A DNA stretch of 63,976 bases, counting the filler, from Candidatus Woesearchaeota archaeon (GTDB lineage: Archaea; Nanobdellota; Nanobdellia; Woesearchaeales; CAZJJJ01): NCBI GenBank assembly GCA_046538795.1. It is 7 parts of 7 records of this genome, joined end to end, with 100 filler letters (N's around TTAATTAATTAA, not from the genome) between each part and the next. Parts side by side here need not be neighbours in the genome. Positions count along the whole stretch, not along the records: positions 59,592 to 63,976 come from JBKHIF010000086.1; 6 more parts are not named here. One strand, given 5' to 3'. The notes under the pieces were generated by a model, which saw only the letters and a list, made by a program, of their open reading frames with translations, ran no database searches and had not been told where the DNA came from. Both the position numbers and the translations under genes were made by a program. Each line of letters begins with the position of its first letter. The stretch's first letter is position 1. This document shows positions 59,592 through 63,976 of this stretch, in pieces.

Positions 59592-59656
59592 TATCAATGA
59601 TAACTTAATTTTTTTTAACAATTAAATATTTAAATGATAAGATTGATGAAATAATC

Positions 59657-60595
59657 GTGGACAACATATTTTGCTTTGTCAGGTATTATATAGGAAATTA
59701 TAGCTCGTTTTCTGAATTCAAAAAGATTGCTGCTAGATGCAGAAAGGCAAAAAAACAAAAAAACATGAGAATCACCCTTTTGATAAACATAGACAAGAGC
59801 ATTATCAAAAAGAAATATCCTGAATTTTCAAATGAAATTATTAAACTTACAAAAGAAGAAATATCTTATAGTGTAACACCTGCTCTTGGGGCAGGACATG
59901 CCTTTTTTGATATTATTGAGGAATCATTAAGTGTATCTTCAATAAAAGGAAAAACTCTTTTTTTGATAGATGGTGATCAATATGATATCTCGTCTCCTGA
60001 TTTTCTTTATGATATAAAGACACTACACAGGCAGGTATTAAAACAAGGAGCAATAATAGGACTTGCTAAAAGGACAAAAGTAAATCTTGCATCAGATAAC
60101 AAACTTCAAACCTACAGAGAGATTGAAGAGTTGTATCATGCACTTTTTATCAAGAACCAGTTTTCTGACTCAACTTCAAAAAAGATAATCAAGCGTCTTA
60201 AGATACCGAGCTTTTATGCAGAGATGGGTGATTGTGTTCCAGGATGCTATTGCATAAACATAAATCATCCAAATTTTTTCAATTATCTCAATGAATTGCA
60301 TAAGAATCTCATAAAAGTCAACCTTAACAAATATTCAGGAGATCCTTTTGTTGTGATGTCTGCATCAAGATTTGGAAATATAATAAACCATAAGGTCGAA
60401 ACTTTGCATAACCCTCCATCAGGGTTTGACATTAATACCATTGTGAAAAAACATAAAGCTCTTTCAAAAACATCTATCGCAAAAAAATATCTAAAAGTGA
60501 TACAATCAAAAAAGAGTTTTAGTCTTCTTGAAAAGTATTATGGCAGGGAAGACATCCTTTTTGTAAAAAAACTCATGCTGAAAGGATTCAGATAA
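59657..60595 (+). CDS. hypothetical protein, possible GT-A glycosyltransferase fold
   Basis: LGAGHA segment followed by FLIDGDQY (DxD) and DCVPG. Confidence 0.5.
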   Translation: MDNIFCFVRYYIGNYSSFSEFKKIAARCRKAKKQKNMRITLLINIDKSIIKKKYPEFSNEIIKLTKEEISYSVTPALGAGHAFFDIIEESLSVSSIKGKTLFLIDGDQYDISSPDFLYDIKTLHRQVLKQGAIIGLAKRTKVNLASDNKLQTYREIEELYHALFIKNQFSDSTSKKIIKRLKIPSFYAEMGDCVPGCYCININHPNFFNYLNELHKNLIKVNLNKYSGDPFVVMSASRFGNIINHKVETLHNPPSGFDINTIVKKHKALSKTSIAKKYLKVIQSKKSFSLLEKYYGREDILFVKKLMLKGFR

Positions 60596-60631
60596 ATGAT
60601 TGTGATTTCAAACTATCAGAACAATTCTTAA

Positions 60632-61459
60632 TCAAGTGTTGTTATTCAGAAATTCAACTATATTTTTCTTGTCTTTTTCTTCATGAAGATGCACTATGTC
60701 TGAGGAACTTAAATGGGCTCCCAAAATGTTTTTTTTTGCCAGTTCAGGAAAAATATCATAAGGGAGACTTTTTCCCTTGATATCAAAAATTTCAGGACCC
60801 ATGATATATATTGGTTCAGAAACAATAAAGTTTTCCTGCACTTTGGTTTTTTCTTCAAAACCTATTATTTTATTTCCTTCTATTTTAACTGAACCCTTTT
60901 CAGAAGGCATTTTTGATGATGTCACCATCATTGTGCATGCTGAATTGCTTTTTACGTGCTGAATGTAAATATTTTCCAGATTCATATTTGAAATGACATC
61001 TCCATAGATCATGAGAAAATTTGAATGTATCTTTCCTTTAAGTATTTTCAAAGCATCTGCTGTCATGTCTTTATTTTTGATCTCAAAAAATTTTATGTCT
61101 GCTTTTGGCTGATTTCCTATAATTTCCTGGATATTCTGTATAATTTTTTTTGGATAGACTATATATATGGTGTTGAAATTGTATTTTCTCAGGTATTTCA
61201 ATTGCTCTTCAATCAGTGTTGTATTTTTTATCTTGGCGGTAATGTTGTACTCATCATCATTAATCTTAAGATCTTTTTCAAGATCTGCACCAGCAACATC
61301 ACGTCCCTTTGCCAGAATAACAGCGACTTTTTTTTCATCAAGGGCTGTTTTAAGCAGAAACTTGATGGCTTGAGATCTGTTCTTGATAGTAAAATAATCC
61401 ACATATTCATCTACTTCTTTTATGAGATCTTCTTCAAGTCGCATCGATATCTTTATCAT
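60632..61459 (-). CDS. ribbon-helix-helix (CopG/NikR-like) domain fused to a degenerate sugar-phosphate nucleotidyltransferase
   Basis: ISMRLEEDLIKEVD...NRSQAI; VAVILAKG, FLMIYGDV, FEEK, DIFPEL. Confidence 0.8.
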   Translation of the reverse strand: MIKISMRLEEDLIKEVDEYVDYFTIKNRSQAIKFLLKTALDEKKVAVILAKGRDVAGADLEKDLKINDDEYNITAKIKNTTLIEEQLKYLRKYNFNTIYIVYPKKIIQNIQEIIGNQPKADIKFFEIKNKDMTADALKILKGKIHSNFLMIYGDVISNMNLENIYIQHVKSNSACTMMVTSSKMPSEKGSVKIEGNKIIGFEEKTKVQENFIVSEPIYIMGPEIFDIKGKSLPYDIFPELAKKNILGAHLSSSDIVHLHEEKDKKNIVEFLNNNT

Positions 61460-61500
61460 GGTAACATGATAATTTTGATATATATAAAAAGATTATGATT

Positions 61501-61531
61501 TGTCCGACAATGTGCTACAATTTGTCGCACA
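61501..61531. promoter_or_regulatory. three tandem TGT-N3-ACA palindromes in a divergent promoter
   Basis: TGTCCGACA 61501, TGTGCTACA 61511, TGTCGCACA 61523. Confidence 0.55.
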
Positions 61532-61597
61532 TTATCAACATTTATAAATTTCTGTGGAGTTCTTTTGAAATAATGCTAAGTAAGGTAGTGAAATAAT

Positions 61598-62377
61598 ATG
61601 AGAAAATCAAATGCAGGAAAAGAAACAACATTTATCTGGGAAGGAAATATTCCATTGGATGAAGTTGAACTTGTTTCAGGTTTATCCACGTTCAGTGTTC
61701 CTTGTGAGCTTGATAAAAAGATAAAATCTGAATGGCAAAAGATTGAAGATAAAAATCCTGATGCATGGGATGCGCCTAAATGGAGATTTGAATATGCAGA
61801 TAAAAATCCTTTTGGTCTGAAAGTATATGTGAGTCCTTCAATATCATATTCACAGCATAATGTAATGAGGCATGTCGAAGATCAGCCGATGCAGTTTTAT
61901 CCAAACCCGATGACAATAAATACTGTCCAGAAAACTCCTGATGGTTATATCTTGATGGGTGTCAAGGGAAAAGGTTCTGATCAAAAAGGTCTTGGCCTTA
62001 TCGGAGCAGGTTTTGTTGAAAGAGAACTAAGAGATGGAGAATCATTGCCGCCTGAACCGCTTGGTTATCTTGTGCAAAGAGAATGCATGCAGGAAGCAAT
62101 CTATGATAAGAAAAAGGATTTCTATATGCTTGATGCAAGAGCCTTAGGAATAATATTCGGCTCAAATCATGATACTACTTTAGGAGTATATCTTCCGATA
62201 AGAGCAGAAAAGGATGAGGTTTCAGTAAACGGAAATGAGCATGATGATATTCTTTATCTTCCTTCTGATGAGAAAAGTATAAATGAAGTTCTTAATAATG
62301 GCGGATATAAAGGAATAGATGCTTCAGATCATCTTCTTGGATGTCTTGAAGCCTTTAATAATAGACATAATTACTAA
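61598..62377 (+). CDS. Nudix-fold hydrolase (NUDT22-like)
   Basis: W...WDAPKWR, TPDGYILMG, GAGF...RECMQEA degenerate Nudix box, EH. Confidence 0.6.
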   Translation: MRKSNAGKETTFIWEGNIPLDEVELVSGLSTFSVPCELDKKIKSEWQKIEDKNPDAWDAPKWRFEYADKNPFGLKVYVSPSISYSQHNVMRHVEDQPMQFYPNPMTINTVQKTPDGYILMGVKGKGSDQKGLGLIGAGFVERELRDGESLPPEPLGYLVQRECMQEAIYDKKKDFYMLDARALGIIFGSNHDTTLGVYLPIRAEKDEVSVNGNEHDDILYLPSDEKSINEVLNNGGYKGIDASDHLLGCLEAFNNRHNY

Positions 62378-62454
62378 AATCTAAGTAATAGTTTATATTT
62401 TTTCTTTTAATTTCTGTAATCAATTTTAAATATTACATTCTACTACTATGTGAT

Positions 62455-63909
62455 ATGTTAAGCTTAAGCCAGACAATATTGTTCTACAAAAGACAAGATG
62501 TCCAGAATGCAATAGCTGATGCTTCCGAAGGAAAAGAGATTGCTGTAAAATACGGCGATAAGGGTTTTGGAAAAAGGCCGGATGTCATAAAATTTCCTAA
62601 TGATGTAATGGAATTTGCCCTGAAGGGAGCAACGTCTTTTCATGCATCTGAAGAGCTATGGACAAATCCTTTAAGCATAAAGACTGGTATGAGCGAAAAA
62701 GAAAAAGAAGACATAAGGCAGGGCTGGGATCTTGTGATTGACATAGATTGCCATGTTCTGGATTACTCAAGGATGGCTGCTGAACTTATAATTGAGGCTC
62801 TGAAATATCATAACCTGAATGCGATCTCATGCAAGTTTTCCGGAAACAAGGGATTTCATATAGGTGTTCCTTTTGAATCTTTTCCAAGTCAGATACATGA
62901 TAAGGAGACAAGACTTTTATTTCCTGAAGCTCCAAAAAAGATAGCTCTTTACATAAAGAATATGATAAACAAGCCGTTAGGAAAAAGAATACTTGATTAT
63001 GAGGATGGAGATTTTTCAAAGATAATTGAAAACACAGGATTTTCTGAAGATGAGATAAAATACATGGAGAACGATGAGAATGGAATTCCTGTTGAAAGGC
63101 TTGATGCATCAAAGATTGCAGATATAGATACTCTTCTTATCTCTTCAAGGCATCTTTACAGGATGCCTTATTCATTCAATGAAAAATCAGGGCTTGTAAG
63201 TATTCCCCTAAAAATTGAAGAACTTTCAAATTTCACCAAAAAAATGGCCAAGCCTGAGAATGTAAAAGTCGATCCAGATATTGTTTTTCTTGATAAGACT
63301 AAATGCAGATATAATGAAGCCCATGAACTCATGATACAGGCATATGATTTCCAGAGCGAAGAAGAAATCAGAAATGTCGAACAGGAATATTATGAAGAGA
63401 ACATAAAAAAAGAGTTTGAGAAAAAAGAATTCTCTGCTCCTGAGATGGCTGTTGACAGAAAGTTCTTCCCTCCCTGCATAAACAATGCGATGAAAGGAAT
63501 GGAAGACGGAAAAAAGCGTGCTCTTTTTGCAATGATAAATTTCCTAAAATGTCTTTCCTGGGATAAGGATCAGGCAGAATCATTTCTTCATGAGTGGAAT
63601 GAATCTCATGTGGAACCATTAAGAGAGACAATAATAAAAGGTCAGTTAAGATATGGTTACATGAAAAAAGATAACATACTTCCTCCTAATTGTATGAGGT
63701 ATTATCAGGAAATAGGAATCTGCCAGCCAGACAACCTTTGCAGAAAGATAAAAAATCCTGTAAATTATGCAATAAGAAAAAGCAGATATTCAAATCAGGT
63801 GAAAAAAGATGATTCTCCCGAGAAAAAGAATACCAATCAGAATAAGGATGGCAATAAATCTGGGAAAAAAATTGATAACGAAAATCAAACATCCAAATCA
63901 AACACGTGA
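62455..63909 (+). CDS. priS: fused DNA primase PriS-PriL, DPANN type
   Basis: WDLVIDID, FSGNKGFH, RHLYRMPYS; then FPPCI, DGKKR, PPNC, C..D.LC..IKNP Fe-S domain. Confidence 0.92.
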   Translation: MLSLSQTILFYKRQDVQNAIADASEGKEIAVKYGDKGFGKRPDVIKFPNDVMEFALKGATSFHASEELWTNPLSIKTGMSEKEKEDIRQGWDLVIDIDCHVLDYSRMAAELIIEALKYHNLNAISCKFSGNKGFHIGVPFESFPSQIHDKETRLLFPEAPKKIALYIKNMINKPLGKRILDYEDGDFSKIIENTGFSEDEIKYMENDENGIPVERLDASKIADIDTLLISSRHLYRMPYSFNEKSGLVSIPLKIEELSNFTKKMAKPENVKVDPDIVFLDKTKCRYNEAHELMIQAYDFQSEEEIRNVEQEYYEENIKKEFEKKEFSAPEMAVDRKFFPPCINNAMKGMEDGKKRALFAMINFLKCLSWDKDQAESFLHEWNESHVEPLRETIIKGQLRYGYMKKDNILPPNCMRYYQEIGICQPDNLCRKIKNPVNYAIRKSRYSNQVKKDDSPEKKNTNQNKDGNKSGKKIDNENQTSKSNT

Positions 63910-63921
63910 TTTTTGTAACCA

Positions 63922-63976
63922 AAAACAGTATCTCCGAAAGAAAAATAACTCCTCCTTAGTACTCAGAAAAAAGCAC
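63922..63976. repeat. 55-bp inverted copy of 1-55
   Basis: Exact reverse-complement match. Confidence 0.95.

Noticed and set aside
62455..63909. PriS-PriL fusion as a novelty
   Set aside because: A known DPANN trait; used only as a taxonomic marker

Overview
AT-rich archaeal DNA, most consistent with a DPANN/Nanobdellota (Woesearchaeales-like) genome bin. The markers are a fused PriS-PriL primase, topoisomerase VI, pyrH-rio1-KH synteny, archaeal ProRS and intron-containing tRNAs without encoded CCA. The window is not one continuous molecule. It is seven contigs (27649, 6600, 6467, 6223, 6057, 5995 and 4385 bp, in descending length) joined by artificial 100-nt N44-TTAATTAATTAA-N44 linkers, so adjacency across linkers means nothing. 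Most genes are housekeeping or ordinary accessory genes. The best candidate for an undescribed system is at 12.5-17.1 kb. It holds a secreted prepro-peptide with a 23-aa six-cysteine core, convergent with and overlapping a membrane-spanning non-RD Ser/Thr kinase that carries an extracytoplasmic alpha/alpha-toroid domain, flanked by an orphan receiver domain and a probable pseudokinase. Other points of interest: short tRNA-3'-end duplications behind three tRNAs, a dispersed IS200/IS605-like hairpin repeat, a multi-stem candidate RNA downstream of tRNA-Arg, a tRNA-Val-like gene with a 69-nt non-canonical insert, an arsEFG/arsP-like cluster, and several visible operator palindromes. All protein calls are motif recognition by eye; no searches were run.
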